Shown piece by piece: positions 1 to 10,539 of a stretch of DNA of 64,000 nt. Below the pieces are notes generated by a model. It ran no database searches, was not told where the DNA came from, and worked only from the letters and a program-made list of their open reading frames with translations. Each line of letters starts with the position of its first letter. Positions within the stretch are counted from its first letter, which is position 1. Source of the stretch: Candidatus Eiseniibacteriota bacterium (GTDB taxonomy: Bacteria > Eisenbacteria > RBG-16-71-46 > CAIMUX01 > VGJL01); the NCBI GenBank assembly GCA_963792585.1, contig CAWBWI010000001.1, forward strand, positions 1,216,001 through 1,280,000, given 5' to 3'. Made by a program: the position numbers and the translations under genes.

Positions 1-114
<114 letters not shown>

Positions 115-194
115 GGGCAACCTCGCCGGTCAGGGTGACGGAGGCGGCGGAGAGTGTCAAGGGATGGAGGGCGGGAACTGCGACCCGGTTGGCC

Positions 195-1442
195 CTACGA
201 CGCCCTCAGCAAGCCCGCAATCGACACCGCCCAGACTTGCTTCGACAGCCGTTCCGTGCGCGCTCCGGTGTGTAGCAGGACGCCATAGGGCGCCCTGCGT
301 CCATACTCCTCCAGAAACACAGTGAGGCCCCTCGTGTCGTCCAGAGTCGGCCGCGCACCGGCCTTCACCTCGATCGGGATCACGCGCCCACCGTGCTCGA
401 CCACGAAATCGACCTCGGTGTTGCTCGTGGTCCTCCACCACAGGATCTCCGGCCGCGGCGATGCACATTCCCGCCATGCGCAGAAGTCGAGAAGGAGCAG
501 ATTCTCCAGCAGAGCGCCGTCGAGCCTCGAGTCCCTCAGGGCGTCAGGACTGCGGACCCCGGCGAGGAATGCGCCGAGACCAGGGTCGCAGAAGTACAGC
601 CGCGGAGACTTGACAAGCCTCTTGGTGCGATTGACGGAGTAAGGAGGTACCCGCATGAGGACGTAGGAGGCCTCGAGGATGTTCAGATACCGGAACGCGG
701 TTGGCGAGGAGAGCCCGGCATCGCGCGCCATCTCTGCCTGATTCTGGGTCGCTCCAGTCCGCAGCGCCGCGATGCGGAGCAGGCGCCTGAAGTCTGAGAG
801 AGCATCAATCCGCGCGAAGTTCCGCAGGTCTCTCTCGAGGTACGTCCGTTCGTAACCCTCGAACCAAGCATCCCGGAAGTCCGAGTCGTCCGAAAGCGAC
901 GCAGGGGGGAATCCACCCCGCAGGGCCCACTCTCTCCAATGCGCCAGGGGGGCGTGGACCCCCTCGAGGGATTCCGGATCGCCAAACAAGTCCCCCCACC
1001 TGCCCGCGTCAGCCGCGCCCTGGCGCTCCGAGATGGTGAATGGATACAGGGTGAGATAGGCGGCCCTTCCGGCGAGGGTCTCGGAGACGGCCGCATGCAG
1101 AGCGAGATTCGCCGAACCCGAAAGAAGGAACCGTCCTGAACGGCGCTCCTTGTCTACCGATCGCTTGATCGCGAGGAGCAGTCCCGGCGACCGCTGAACC
1201 TCGTCGATGGTGATTGGCTCGTCGCCGCCCAGGAGCGCTGCCGGTTCCCGCTCGGCCCGCTCCTGTGTCTCGATCTCATCCAAGCTGACATACCGTCTCC
1301 CCGGTCCACCGAGGAGTTCCCGGATGAGGGTGCTCTTCCCCGTCTGACGCGGACCCGTCAGCACGACCACCGGGAACGAACGCAGCAGAGTTTGGACCCG
1401 CGAGGTCAAGAGCCGCGGAAGCGGTCTATGCAGATCTTTCAT
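195..1442 (-). CDS. AAA_14 ATPase with C-terminal DUF4143 (PD-(D/E)xK-like) domain
   Basis: Walker A GPRQTGKS, Walker B IDEVQ, KSPRLYFCDPG, EVDFVVE...IPIEVK. Confidence 0.9.
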   Translation of the reverse strand: MKDLHRPLPRLLTSRVQTLLRSFPVVVLTGPRQTGKSTLIRELLGGPGRRYVSLDEIETQERAEREPAALLGGDEPITIDEVQRSPGLLLAIKRSVDKERRSGRFLLSGSANLALHAAVSETLAGRAAYLTLYPFTISERQGAADAGRWGDLFGDPESLEGVHAPLAHWREWALRGGFPPASLSDDSDFRDAWFEGYERTYLERDLRNFARIDALSDFRRLLRIAALRTGATQNQAEMARDAGLSSPTAFRYLNILEASYVLMRVPPYSVNRTKRLVKSPRLYFCDPGLGAFLAGVRSPDALRDSRLDGALLENLLLLDFCAWRECASPRPEILWWRTTSNTEVDFVVEHGGRVIPIEVKAGARPTLDDTRGLTVFLEEYGRRAPYGVLLHTGARTERLSKQVWAVSIAGLLRAS

Positions 1443-1583
1443 GTTATGAAAGATATTCTTTCACGGACTGAAACGCAAGCGGCATCTGCCCGAGAAGTGG
1501 AGCCGCACGGGCCCGGCAACGGGAGTCCCAGAAGAATCGCTCTTACGCCGACTTCCCACCACGAAGGCTTTGATCGTCCCGCA

Positions 1584-2120
1584 TCACGCACTCAACCCAT
1601 CAATGTAGGTGCGCGCATACCTCACGTATCGCGCCGCCGACTCGAGGAACCCGGCGCGTTCCTCCTCTGTCAGCGTCCGCGCCACCTTCGCGGGCGTGCC
1701 GAGGACGAGCACGCCCGGCGGGACCTTGGCGCCCGGCGGCACCAGACTTCGCGCGCCGACCAGGCTTCCCTCCCCCACCACCGCTCCGTCCATGACGAGC
1801 GCCCCCATCCCGATCATCGCCCCGGCCCCGATCGTGCAACCGTGCAGGATCACGCCGTGACCGACAGTCACCCGCTCCGCGATGGTCAACGGGTGCTTCC
1901 CTCCGGTCACGTGGAGCACGCAGCCGTCCTGGATGTTGGTCTCGGGTCCGATCCGGATCCGGTGTACATCGCCGCGCACCACGGAGCCGAACCAGACCGA
2001 CGCGCCGGCGCCGAGGACGACGTCGCCGATGATCGTGCAGCCGGGGGCGAGAAAGACATCCTCGCCGACGGTCGGGGCGATGCCGCCGTAGGCGAGGATC
2101 AGAGGTCGCGGGGCGTCCAA
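1584..2120 (-). CDS. Gamma carbonic anhydrase family protein (YrdA/PaaY-like)
   Basis: Hexapeptide repeats, VRGDVHRIRIG, NIQDGCVLH, VGHGVILHGC metal-ligand His. Confidence 0.92.
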   Translation of the reverse strand: MDAPRPLILAYGGIAPTVGEDVFLAPGCTIIGDVVLGAGASVWFGSVVRGDVHRIRIGPETNIQDGCVLHVTGGKHPLTIAERVTVGHGVILHGCTIGAGAMIGMGALVMDGAVVGEGSLVGARSLVPPGAKVPPGVLVLGTPAKVARTLTEEERAGFLESAARYVRYARTYIDGLSA

Positions 2121-2122
2121 GG

Positions 2123-2641
2123 CTAGAACGAGTACTTCCCGAAGTCCTTGGGATTCATGTTCTCGATGAACCGACGAAGCTCCTCGGCACGCTGCTCGTC
2201 CGTCATCTCGGGCGCCTTGGCGGGCCCTTCGGTCTGGATCAGGCGATCGAGTTCGTCGGTGAGCAGCTCCTCGGCCGCGAAGATCTTCGCCTTCGTCTTC
2301 AGCGCGAGGGCGATCGAATCGCTCGGCCGCGCATCGATGCTCAGGAGCTGGCCCTGCGCCTCGACGGTGATCCGCGCGTAGAACGTGTTCTGCTTCAGGT
2401 CGCAGATCTCCACCCTGCGGATGCGCGCCTGCAGGCCCTTGAGGATCGTCACGATCAGGTCGTGCGTCAGGGGACGCTGGAACTTCTTGCCGGCGACCTC
2501 CATGGCGATCGCGCTCGCCTCGGGCGGGCCGATCCAGATCGGCAGCCGGCGTGCGCCATCCAGCGTCTGGAGGATGACAACGGGGTATTGGTTCTTCTCA
2601 TCGATTGCCAGGCTCAGGACTTCAACTTCAACCATGGCCAT
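2123..2641 (-). CDS. Bifunctional nuclease family protein (DUF151)
   Basis: LPIWIGPPEA, RPLTHDL, IDARPSDSIALA motifs. Confidence 0.92.
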   Translation of the reverse strand: MAMVEVEVLSLAIDEKNQYPVVILQTLDGARRLPIWIGPPEASAIAMEVAGKKFQRPLTHDLIVTILKGLQARIRRVEICDLKQNTFYARITVEAQGQLLSIDARPSDSIALALKTKAKIFAAEELLTDELDRLIQTEGPAKAPEMTDEQRAEELRRFIENMNPKDFGKYSF

Positions 2642-2645
2642 GGCC

Positions 2646-3920
2646 TCACGATCCTGACGGGACCGATCCCCCCAGGGCCTGTCGGCGGAGTTGGTCGACC
2701 CTGGTCGGGTCGATGTCGGGCTTGTCCATGTTCAAGAGCATCCAGCGCGCGGAGTCGGCCAGCTCGTCCGCGGGATAGTTCTTGAGGAAAGCTTCTCGAA
2801 TTCGGCTCGCGCACGACCGTAGTCCTTCAGATCGTCGGCGAGAGTGAATGCGAGCATGAACTGCGCCTGGGATGCCCGGGAACTGGCCGGAAAGCGTCGA
2901 ACGATCTCCTCGTACGCGGCGGCCTTCCTCTTCGGGTCCTTCTGGCTCTGCGCGGACGCGAAGAGCTCATCCTCGTCCAAAAGGCTGCGCGCGTACTTCT
3001 CGTAGTTCTCGTCGAAGACCTCCACCCCGTATTCCTTCTTCATGGTGGAGATCAATTCGCTGTAGATCTTGTTGTGCTTCTCCACCTGAGCGCGCTTCTT
3101 GATCGCCTCCTGAAGCGCCGCATCGAACGGCCGGGTTTGCTCTTCATTGCGGTCCAGCGCGACGATGACGCTCCAGCCACCGGGCGATCTGCACCGGCTG
3201 GCTCACGTCCCCCCGCTGCAGCATTCATGGCCGCCGCGTTGAAGGCTCTGGTTGCCGAGGTGCCCGGCCCCTCCGGTTGGGGTGATCCAGCCGACCATTC
3301 CGCCGATCGTTCTTCGTGACGTCGTCGATCGACGTACCGTCGCGCCAGGTCGGCCACCGCCTCGCCCTTCAAGAGCCTCTGGCGCATTGCCCGCGCCTCC
3401 GCCTCGGTCTTCACGAGCACGTGGGCCGTCTGGACTCGGGTCGGCATCCGGTACTCGGCCCTGTGGGCTTCGTAGTACTGTCTTCATCTCCTCCTCCGTC
3501 GGGATCTCCTTGTCGCGCACCTCATTCTCGATCGTGCGGTCGTTCAGGATCCAGCGCCGCGACAGCTTCCAGGTTTGCTTGTAAATCGGGATCCTTCTCG
3601 TATCCCTTCTTCTCCGCCAACGTCGACGAGGCAGAGCTCATCGACGGCATCCGGAAGACCTCGCGGTACTGGTCGACTGCGGCCTTTCCCGTCAGCCCGC
3701 TCGATCGAGCGAAACTGCTACTTGATCTTGAACTCGAGGTCACCGACCGTGAAGTTCTTTCCCGCGACCCGGGCGAGAACGAGCTCGTCGTGCTCGCTCT
3801 CCACCCGATTCTTCGAGCAGGAACCGAGTCCATAGGCGACGACGGCAACGACCAAGGTCGCCAGGACCCACACGCCGCCGCCGAGCGCGCGGCCGGGCAG
3901 CGAGTCTTCCGCTTGAGCAT
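2646..3920 (-). CDS. Exported parvulin-type peptidyl-prolyl isomerase (PrsA/SurA-like) with C-terminal TPR/BamD-like region; several frameshifts
   Basis: Fragments VQTAHVLVKTEAEA..., AYEEIVRRFPASSRASQAQFMLAF..., FLKNYPADELADSARWML in different frames. Confidence 0.7.
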
Positions 3921-3931
3921 ATGCATCGCGG

Positions 3932-4387
3932 TTACGCGAGCCCCTCCTTCTTCACCCAGACGCGGACCTTCGCCTCGACGTCCTGGTGAAGCCTCACGTG
4001 GACGTTGTAGGCCCCAAGCGCCTTGAGCGGCTCCTCGAGGTGGATCTGGCGCTTGTCGAGCTCGAACCCGTCCGCGAGCGAGCTTCTCGGCGATGTCGCC
4101 CGCCGTGACCGACCCGAAGAGCCGATCGTCCTCGCCCGCCTGCATCAGGACGGTGACCGACACCTTGTTCAGCTTCGCCGCGAGCTTCTCGGCGGCCGCG
4201 ACGCTCACGGTCCGTGCCGGGACTTCTTGACCCTCTCGCTCTCCATGAAGACCGCGCTCCGGCGCCCGTCGCCTCGAGGGCGAGCTTGTCGGGGAGCAGG
4301 AAGTTGCGGGCGTATCCGCGCGGAGACGGCGACCTTGTCCCCGCGCCGGCCCAGCCCGTCGATTTCTTCTAGAAGAATGACCTCCAT
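3932..4387 (-). CDS. rplI: 50S ribosomal protein L9 (frameshifted in assembly)
   Basis: MEVILLEEIDGLGRRGDKVAVS and AGEDDRLFGSVTAGDIAE; follows rpsR. Confidence 0.9.
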
Positions 4388-4425
4388 CGGATCCTCCGTT
4401 CAGAATTCCGTTCGCTTCGGGTTGG

Positions 4426-4665
4426 TTACTTGTACGACTCCGCCACGAAGGGAATCATGGCCAGGATCCGGGCCCGCTTCACCGCACGGGTGATTTGCGC
4501 CTGGTGCCGCGCGCAGTTGCCGGACACGCGGCGCGGCACGATCTTACCCCGATCGGTGATCGCCCTCTGCAGGCGCTTCTCGTCTTTGTAGTCCACATAT
4601 ACGACCCGGTCCACGCAGAGCTTGCATACCTTCTTGCGGGTTCCCCGGGAGTCTCCCTCGCCCAT
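4426..4665 (-). CDS. rpsR: 30S ribosomal protein S18
   Basis: RKKVCKLC...VDYKD...TDRGKIVPRRVSGNCARHQ...VKRARILAMIPF. Confidence 0.95.
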   Translation of the reverse strand: MGEGDSRGTRKKVCKLCVDRVVYVDYKDEKRLQRAITDRGKIVPRRVSGNCARHQAQITRAVKRARILAMIPFVAESYK

Positions 4666-4690
4666 ACCCTCATTTCCTCCTGTCGAATGC

Positions 4691-5258
4691 CTAAAGCTGC
4701 AGGGAATCGCCTTCTTCGTTCGTCTCCGGATGGGACGCCGTTTCCTCCGGATGCTCATCGTGATGCACGGGTAGATGGTCCTCGCTCGTTCCTCCCGCGT
4801 CGACCGGCTCGGCAGGTCCCGAGTCTTCCCGGGCCTGGGGCGCTCGACGTCCGCGCCCCCCTCGGGGCGGCGCCTTCGCCGGCCGTCCGATCGGCCGCAC
4901 GGTCTTCCTCGGAGAAAGGCCCGAGAATCTGGAGCTGCTCGGCGTAGATCTCCACCGCGGTGCGCTTCTCGCCCCGGGCGGTGGTGAACGACCGGCTGCT
5001 CACATACCCCTCGACGTAGACCGCCTGGCCCTTCCGAAGCTCACGCGCCATGCGCTGGGCCGCTTCCTGCCAGGCGACAACCGTGAGGTAGGCAGCCACC
5101 TCACGCGCCCCACCGGAGCGATCGCGGAGAATCCGTCCGACCTGTACGCGAAACGAGCAGACCGCCACGCCGGAGGGCGTGAAGCGAAGCTCGGGCTCTT
5201 CTTGGGCAATTCCCGTCAGAAATACCCGGTTCATCCGCGGGTAGGTCGTGCCATCCAT
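4691..5258 (-). CDS. ssb: Single-stranded DNA-binding protein (C-terminal tail probably frameshifted)
   Basis: MNRVFLTG...PELRFTPSGVAVCSF...LRKGQAVYVEG; between rpsF and rpsR; acidic tail lies in the frame ending at 4691. Confidence 0.88.
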
Positions 5259-5291
5259 TGGTGCTCCTCTCAAAAGCAGCCTTGTCAAAGG

Positions 5292-5757
5292 CTACGTCAA
5301 GTTCGATTCAGCCTCCGGCTCGGCCGTAACAGCCGGCGTCTCGGCGGGAATCGGCGCCGCCTCAGTGGCGGCCCCCGGGACCACCCCCGCCGGAGGCGCG
5401 ACACCCGCACCCTCCTGCACAGGCTGAACCCCTTCCATCTCGCGACGCGGCGGCTCCAACGACATTGCCGGACCCTGCGCAACGACGGTCAGGTGACGTA
5501 GAATGTCTTCGCGCAACCGGTACCGACGCTCCAGATCCGTGAGAACGCCCGGGCCGGACCGGAAGCGGATCAGGGTGTAGATACCCTCGTTCACCTTGCC
5601 GGATCCGTAGGCCATCTTCCTGCGGCCCCAACGATCGACGTGAACGATCTCACCGGACCCGGCCAGAATCGATCTGCCGGACCCCTTCGATCTCCTCCTC
5701 GACCCGCGCTTCCTCCGAGCTGGGGTGCAGGATGAAGACCGTTTCGTACTCTCTCAA
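5292..5757 (-). CDS. rpsF: 30S ribosomal protein S6 (frameshift near 5670)
   Basis: TTG start MREYETVFILHP..., then WGRRKMAY...EGIYTLIRF...LERRYRLREDILRHL. Confidence 0.9.
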
Positions 5758-5861
5758 AGGAACCCACCTTTCGGGTCTCATCGGGCGAGACCCTCGCCTG
5801 TGCGGGACCGTTGCGTCACCAGGGACCCTCCCGCTCGGGCGCCCCGGCGCATCCTTCGCTG

Positions 5862-6476
5862 TCAGCTATCGGTCGGGCCCATAGGGGCCCGCGATCCGTT
5901 CTCCTCTGGAACCACGGGATTGACGCGGTTCATCGTCTTCGTGATCCCCTCGCGGAGAATCTGCCGGACCGCCTCGACGGCCCGCGCCGTCACCCCCGCA
6001 AAGAAATCTCTCTCCGCCTCTCTCAGCGGCCGGAGCACGAAATCCGCAAGGTCCTCGTCCTCCGCCGCGCCGCCGACGCCCACCCGCAATCGCGGAAACT
6101 CCCGGGTCTCGAGCGTCTCGATCACCGAAACAAGCCCCCGGTGCCCCCCATCGCTACCCGACGGCCGAAGGCGCAACCGGCCGGCCGGCAGGGCCACGTC
6201 GTCGACGATCAGGAGCGTCTCGGCCGGCGTGAGACTGTGTCTTTCCAGACAACCGAGTACCGCGTCGCCGCTCGCGTTCATGAACGTCTGCGGCTTCAGC
6301 AGGACGACCGTGCGCCCCTCGATCTCGCCCTCGGTCTCACGCGCCTTGCCGACGCTCCGCCAGCGAGCCCTCGCAGCCGTTGCCAGCAGATCCGCCACCC
6401 AGAAACCCGCATTGTGCCGGGTCCATTCGTATCGCGGCCCCGGATTGCCGAGTCCAACACAGCAGCGAATCGACAT
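5862..6476 (-). CDS. pth: Peptidyl-tRNA hydrolase
   Basis: VGLGNPG, TRHNAGF, KPQTFMNASG, GSDGGHRG. Confidence 0.96.
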   Translation of the reverse strand: MSIRCCVGLGNPGPRYEWTRHNAGFWVADLLATAARARWRSVGKARETEGEIEGRTVVLLKPQTFMNASGDAVLGCLERHSLTPAETLLIVDDVALPAGRLRLRPSGSDGGHRGLVSVIETLETREFPRLRVGVGGAAEDEDLADFVLRPLREAERDFFAGVTARAVEAVRQILREGITKTMNRVNPVVPEENGSRAPMGPTDS

Positions 6477-6485
6477 TGGGCGGCG

Positions 6486-7139
6486 CTAGGACTTCGAGGC
6501 GTCTCCGGACTTGGCGCCTTCCTTCGTCTCGGTCTTCTCCTCGACCTTCGCCTCGGCGGCAGGCGCTTCGACCTCGGCCGCCTTGGTGACGATGGAAAAG
6601 ACGACCCGGTCGCCCGCCGTGATGACCGTCACCCCTTCCATCGGGGGAAGGTCGCGCACGTGGAGCGTCTGACCCCGCCCATAGGGGCTGATGTCGACGT
6701 CGATCACCTCGGGAAGCTGCCCAGCCTGGCACTCGACCTCGAGTTCGCGGACGAGATGCTCCAGGACTCCGCCTTCCTTGACACCGATCGCGGTGCCCTT
6801 CAGGTGGATCGGCACGTTGACAGTCACCAACTGGGTCAACGAGACGTGCTGAAGATCGATATGGGTGATCCGGCTCGTCAGCGGGTCGCGCTGCAGGCTC
6901 TTGATGATCGTCTTGAGGTCCTGCCCCTCCCTACCCGCGATCTTCAGATCGAGGATGAAGGTTCCGCCGCCGTGCTTGCGAAGCACCGTGTCGAATTCCC
7001 TCGTGTCGATGCTGATCGGCACGCTGGGCTCGCCGCTCCCGTAGACCACGGCCGGCGTCCGTCCGGCCGCACGGGTCTGCCGGGCGCCTCCCTTTCCCTT
7101 GGCGACGCGGAGCTCGCCGTTGATTACAAACGTCTGCAT
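6486..7139 (-). CDS. rplY: 50S ribosomal protein L25/Ctc
   Basis: GRTPAVVYG, QRDPL..HIDL, GVKEGGVLE, LPEVIDVDIS. Confidence 0.95.
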   Translation of the reverse strand: MQTFVINGELRVAKGKGGARQTRAAGRTPAVVYGSGEPSVPISIDTREFDTVLRKHGGGTFILDLKIAGREGQDLKTIIKSLQRDPLTSRITHIDLQHVSLTQLVTVNVPIHLKGTAIGVKEGGVLEHLVRELEVECQAGQLPEVIDVDISPYGRGQTLHVRDLPPMEGVTVITAGDRVVFSIVTKAAEVEAPAAEAKVEEKTETKEGAKSGDASKS

Positions 7140-7174
7140 CGTTCTCTTCTCCTTCGCTTACTGCCTGCGTCGCC

Positions 7175-8113
7175 CTACACGAACAGGGAACTCAGGGAAC
7201 GCTCTTCGTGAATCCTGCGAATCGCCTCGCCCAGGAGCCCGCTGACGGTCATCGTCCGAACGCTGGCCTGGCCCAGCTTCTGGACCGTCTGGGGGATCGT
7301 GTCGGTGACGACGATCTCCCGGATCGGGGCGTCTCGCATCTGCGCATCGGTGTCCTCGTTGAATGCAGCGTGGGTCGCCCCGACGAAGATCTCCCGGGCG
7401 CCGTGTTTGCGCAGCGCAATCGCCGCCCGCGCAATCGTCTTTCCCGTCGAGATCACGTCGTCGAAGATCACCACGTTCTTGTCCTTCACCTCTCCGATTA
7501 CGTTCATCACCTCCAGATCGTCGATCCGCGTCCTGCGCTTGTCGACCAGCGCCAGGGAAACACCCAGCCGCTTCGCGTACGCGCGGGCCATCTTGATGCT
7601 TCCGACGTCGGGTGCGACGACCAACAGGTCGGGAATCGCCAGATCCCGGAAATACTGGATCAGGACCGGCGCGGCGAAGAGGTGATCGAAGGGGATATCG
7701 AAGAATCCCTGGATCTGCGGAGAGTGCAGATCCATCGTCAGGATCCTGTTCGCGCCCGAGACCGTGATCAGATTCGCCACCAGCTTCGCCGTGATCGGAA
7801 CGCGCGGCTGGTCCTTGCGGTCCTGCCGGGCGTAACCGAAGTAGGGAAGGACGGCCGTCACCCGCAGGGCGCTGGCCCGGCGCGTGGCATCCATCATGAT
7901 CAGCAGTTCAAGGAGATTGTCCGAAGGCGCAAACGTCGGTTGGACGACAAAGACATCGCATCCGCGGATGTTCTCGTTGATGCGGATGTGGATCTCGCCG
8001 TCACTGAAACGGTCAACATCCGCCTCGCCCGGCTCAACGCCGAGATAGGTCGCGATGTCGCGCGCAAGCTTGGGATTCGCGTTTCCAGAAAAAACGCGAA
8101 GCGTATCGAGCAA
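7175..8113 (-). CDS. prs: Ribose-phosphate pyrophosphokinase
   Basis: FSDGEI, PYFGYARQDRK, DLHSPQIQGFF, DDVISTGKT; TTG start after GGAGG RBS. Confidence 0.97.
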   Translation of the reverse strand: MLDTLRVFSGNANPKLARDIATYLGVEPGEADVDRFSDGEIHIRINENIRGCDVFVVQPTFAPSDNLLELLIMMDATRRASALRVTAVLPYFGYARQDRKDQPRVPITAKLVANLITVSGANRILTMDLHSPQIQGFFDIPFDHLFAAPVLIQYFRDLAIPDLLVVAPDVGSIKMARAYAKRLGVSLALVDKRRTRIDDLEVMNVIGEVKDKNVVIFDDVISTGKTIARAAIALRKHGAREIFVGATHAAFNEDTDAQMRDAPIREIVVTDTIPQTVQKLGQASVRTMTVSGLLGEAIRRIHEERSLSSLFV

Positions 8114-8200
8114 TGTTTCCTCCGCTTGGTCGGAACCGCCTTGCGGCGGCCCGCCCATGCAACTCCGGACCCTATCGACTTCGGGTCTCTAAAAGAGCTG

Positions 8201-8271
8201 CTGGGGCGGGAGGATTCGAACCTCCGTAACGGGATCCAAAATCCCGGGTCCTGCCATTGGACGACGCCCCA
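8201..8271 (-). tRNA. tRNA-Gln(TTG)
   Basis: TGGGGCGTCGTCCAATGGCAGGACCCGGGATTTTGGATCCCG...GGTTCGAATCCTCCCGCCCCAG cloverleaf; CCA not encoded. Confidence 0.95.
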
Positions 8272-8364
8272 GTGTACCCGGAAGGGCGATTCACACAAGG
8301 ACCGGCGTCCTGTCCATGGGGGTCATGCACCCTCGGTTGGACACCTGCCGTGGCAGAACTCATC

Positions 8365-8637
8365 TTATTGGACTACGGCACTCCTTTCCACTTCCAGTCG
8401 ATAGGCTTCGAGGATTTCTTCCTCGAACCACCGTCGGGTGGAGTTGTTGATCGGGTGCGCCAGATCCTGGAATGTCCCGTCCGGCTTCTTGCGACTCGGC
8501 ATCGCGACGAACAGTCCCTTGTTGCCGCGGATGATCTTCATACCCCGGATCACGAAGCAGTTGTCCAGCGTAACACTTACGAAGGCTTTGAGTTTCTCAT
8601 CGTCCCGCAGCGAGACCCTGATCTCTGTGATCTTCAT
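8365..8637 (-). CDS. spoVG: Septation regulator SpoVG
   Basis: MKITEIRV...LKAFVSVTLDNCFVI...GLFVAMPSRK...FQDLAHPIN. Confidence 0.95.
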   Translation of the reverse strand: MKITEIRVSLRDDEKLKAFVSVTLDNCFVIRGMKIIRGNKGLFVAMPSRKKPDGTFQDLAHPINNSTRRWFEEEILEAYRLEVERSAVVQ

Positions 8638-8744
8638 AACGGTCACCACCCCTTATGCGGCCCTCTGCCTTCCTGGCGTTGGACCTTATCGATGCGCGCT
8701 GCAACGGTGATGAACCACGAGAGACACTGATGTTTGTCCTTCTG

Positions 8745-9671
8745 CTACAACAAGTTGCTTCTGCCAGCCCCTCGAGGAACGAGGAAGTTCCACCCCCTCC
8801 CTGCAAACTGGGTCAAAATGACCCGGGACGTCTGGACCGTAGCATCCGTCAGGATCTCACGAAGCTTCGCACGATCCTCTCCGAGAACGAAGATGCTCGA
8901 CCCGCTCCCCGAAACCCTCGCAACCGATGGTCCATAAGCCAGAACCCGCCGCAGAGTTTCGTAAACTGGCGGATGATTCCGCACAACCACAGGTTCTAGG
9001 TCATTTCGGAGCCGAACCAGGCAACTCATAACCCCGGAACGAGTTGTCAAGTCGCAAGATCGGAGATTAGACAACGGTCCACGGGGTGTCAACCTCAATT
9101 TTGGGTCCCCGTAGACCGAAGCGGTAGTCACTTCAAGGTTTGGGTAGATCAGGACTACGGGAAACGTGGGGAGTGCCGGAAGGGGCCGCAACCGCTCTCC
9201 CCTTCCCTGCGCGACCTGCGTTCCGCCCCTGATGAAAAATGGAACATCGGAACCGATCGTCGCCCCGATCCTCTCCAGTTCGACCCTCTTCAGCCTGAGA
9301 TTCCATAGCCGGTTGAGTGCGACCAAGGCGGCTGCCGCGTCGCTCGACCCGCCCCCTAGACCCGCCCCGACGGGAATCGCCTTTCGCAGGGTGATCCGGA
9401 CGCCCAAATGGCATCCGGCCCACTCCCGTAGCTGACGGGCCGCCCGAAGGACCAGGTTCTCCTCTCCCTCGGGGAGGTCCGTTCCAGGGCATCGCAGGTG
9501 GAGCGCGCCCCTGGGTTCGAGGAGGAGATCGAGGCGGTCGGCGAGGGCGACCGATTGCATCAGGCTCCGGATGTCGTGATAGCCGTCGGAGCGCTTACGG
9601 ACGACCTCGAGCCCGAGATTGATCTTGGCGCGCGCCTCGATCGAGAGACGGGGCGGTTTACCCCCTGCCAT
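8745..9671 (-). CDS. ispE: 4-diphosphocytidyl-2-C-methyl-D-erythritol kinase
   Basis: AKINLGL, DGYH, KAIPVGAGLGGGSSDAA, GSDVPFF, SGSGS. Confidence 0.95.
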   Translation of the reverse strand: MAGGKPPRLSIEARAKINLGLEVVRKRSDGYHDIRSLMQSVALADRLDLLLEPRGALHLRCPGTDLPEGEENLVLRAARQLREWAGCHLGVRITLRKAIPVGAGLGGGSSDAAAALVALNRLWNLRLKRVELERIGATIGSDVPFFIRGGTQVAQGRGERLRPLPALPTFPVVLIYPNLEVTTASVYGDPKLRLTPRGPLSNLRSCDLTTRSGVMSCLVRLRNDLEPVVVRNHPPVYETLRRVLAYGPSVARVSGSGSSIFVLGEDRAKLREILTDATVQTSRVILTQFAGRGWNFLVPRGAGRSNLL

Positions 9672-10539
9672 AGAGGATCAGCAGGACGGCGCCGAGCCAG
9701 AGGACCACGTTCAGGAGGGTCGGCACGTCCGTCAAGAGGGTGTCGGAAGGAGATCCTCCCTGCAGGCGACGGAAGACCAGAAAGAGGTAGCGAAACACGC
9801 CGTATACGACAAACGGAACCGTGTAGACGAGTTGCGGCCCTCCGACCCGCTCGATGGTCCCGGGCGCAACCGTGTAGATCGAATACGAGATCACCGTCGC
9901 CGCCGTGACGACCGGGATCATCTGATCTACGAGCTCGGGCGGATAGTCCGAGAGCGTTCGCCGGTGCTGCCCCGCCTGATCCTGCAAAAGGACCCGCTCG
10001 TTGCGCCTCTTGCCCACGGCAAGGAACAGGGCGAGGAAGAAAGTGCAGAGCAGCAGCCAGGGCGACAGATCGACCGGGTTCAACAGGACGGCGACCCCCG
10101 CCACCGCACGCAGGACGAACCCGACCGAGATCGAGAGCACATCGACCATCGCGATTCGTTTGAGCAAGAGCGTGTAGAGGATATTGAGGAGCAGGTAGCC
10201 CCCTGCAACCATGGCGAACCGCGTGCCAAGCTGGATCGACAAGACGCCGCCGCCCATCAGGAGCAAGACGAGCATGGCCCACGCGGTGCCCAGGGAGATC
10301 CGTCCGGACGCGAGTGGACGATGGCGCTTCTTCGGGTGGACCCGGTCGCTCTCGACATCGATGATGTCGTTCAAGATGTAGACGACCGAAGCCAGCAGGC
10401 AGAAGGCGAGGAAACCTGCGGCCGCACGCGCGAGCGCCTGGGGATCACGCGACTCGTGGGCGAAAATCACCCCCGCGAAGAGCACGAGGTTCTTGGTCCA
10501 CTGGCGGACCCGCAACTGCTGAATGACCGCGCGGATCAT
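9658..10539 (-). CDS. UbiA-family prenyltransferase (decaprenyl-phosphate phosphoribosyltransferase-like)
   Basis: RVRQWTKN, YILNDIIDVESDRVHPKKRHRPLASG, FVLRAVAG, GKRRNE. Confidence 0.88.
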   Translation of the reverse strand: MIRAVIQQLRVRQWTKNLVLFAGVIFAHESRDPQALARAAAGFLAFCLLASVVYILNDIIDVESDRVHPKKRHRPLASGRISLGTAWAMLVLLLMGGGVLSIQLGTRFAMVAGGYLLLNILYTLLLKRIAMVDVLSISVGFVLRAVAGVAVLLNPVDLSPWLLLCTFFLALFLAVGKRRNERVLLQDQAGQHRRTLSDYPPELVDQMIPVVTAATVISYSIYTVAPGTIERVGGPQLVYTVPFVVYGVFRYLFLVFRRLQGGSPSDTLLTDVPTLLNVVLWLGAVLLILYGRG

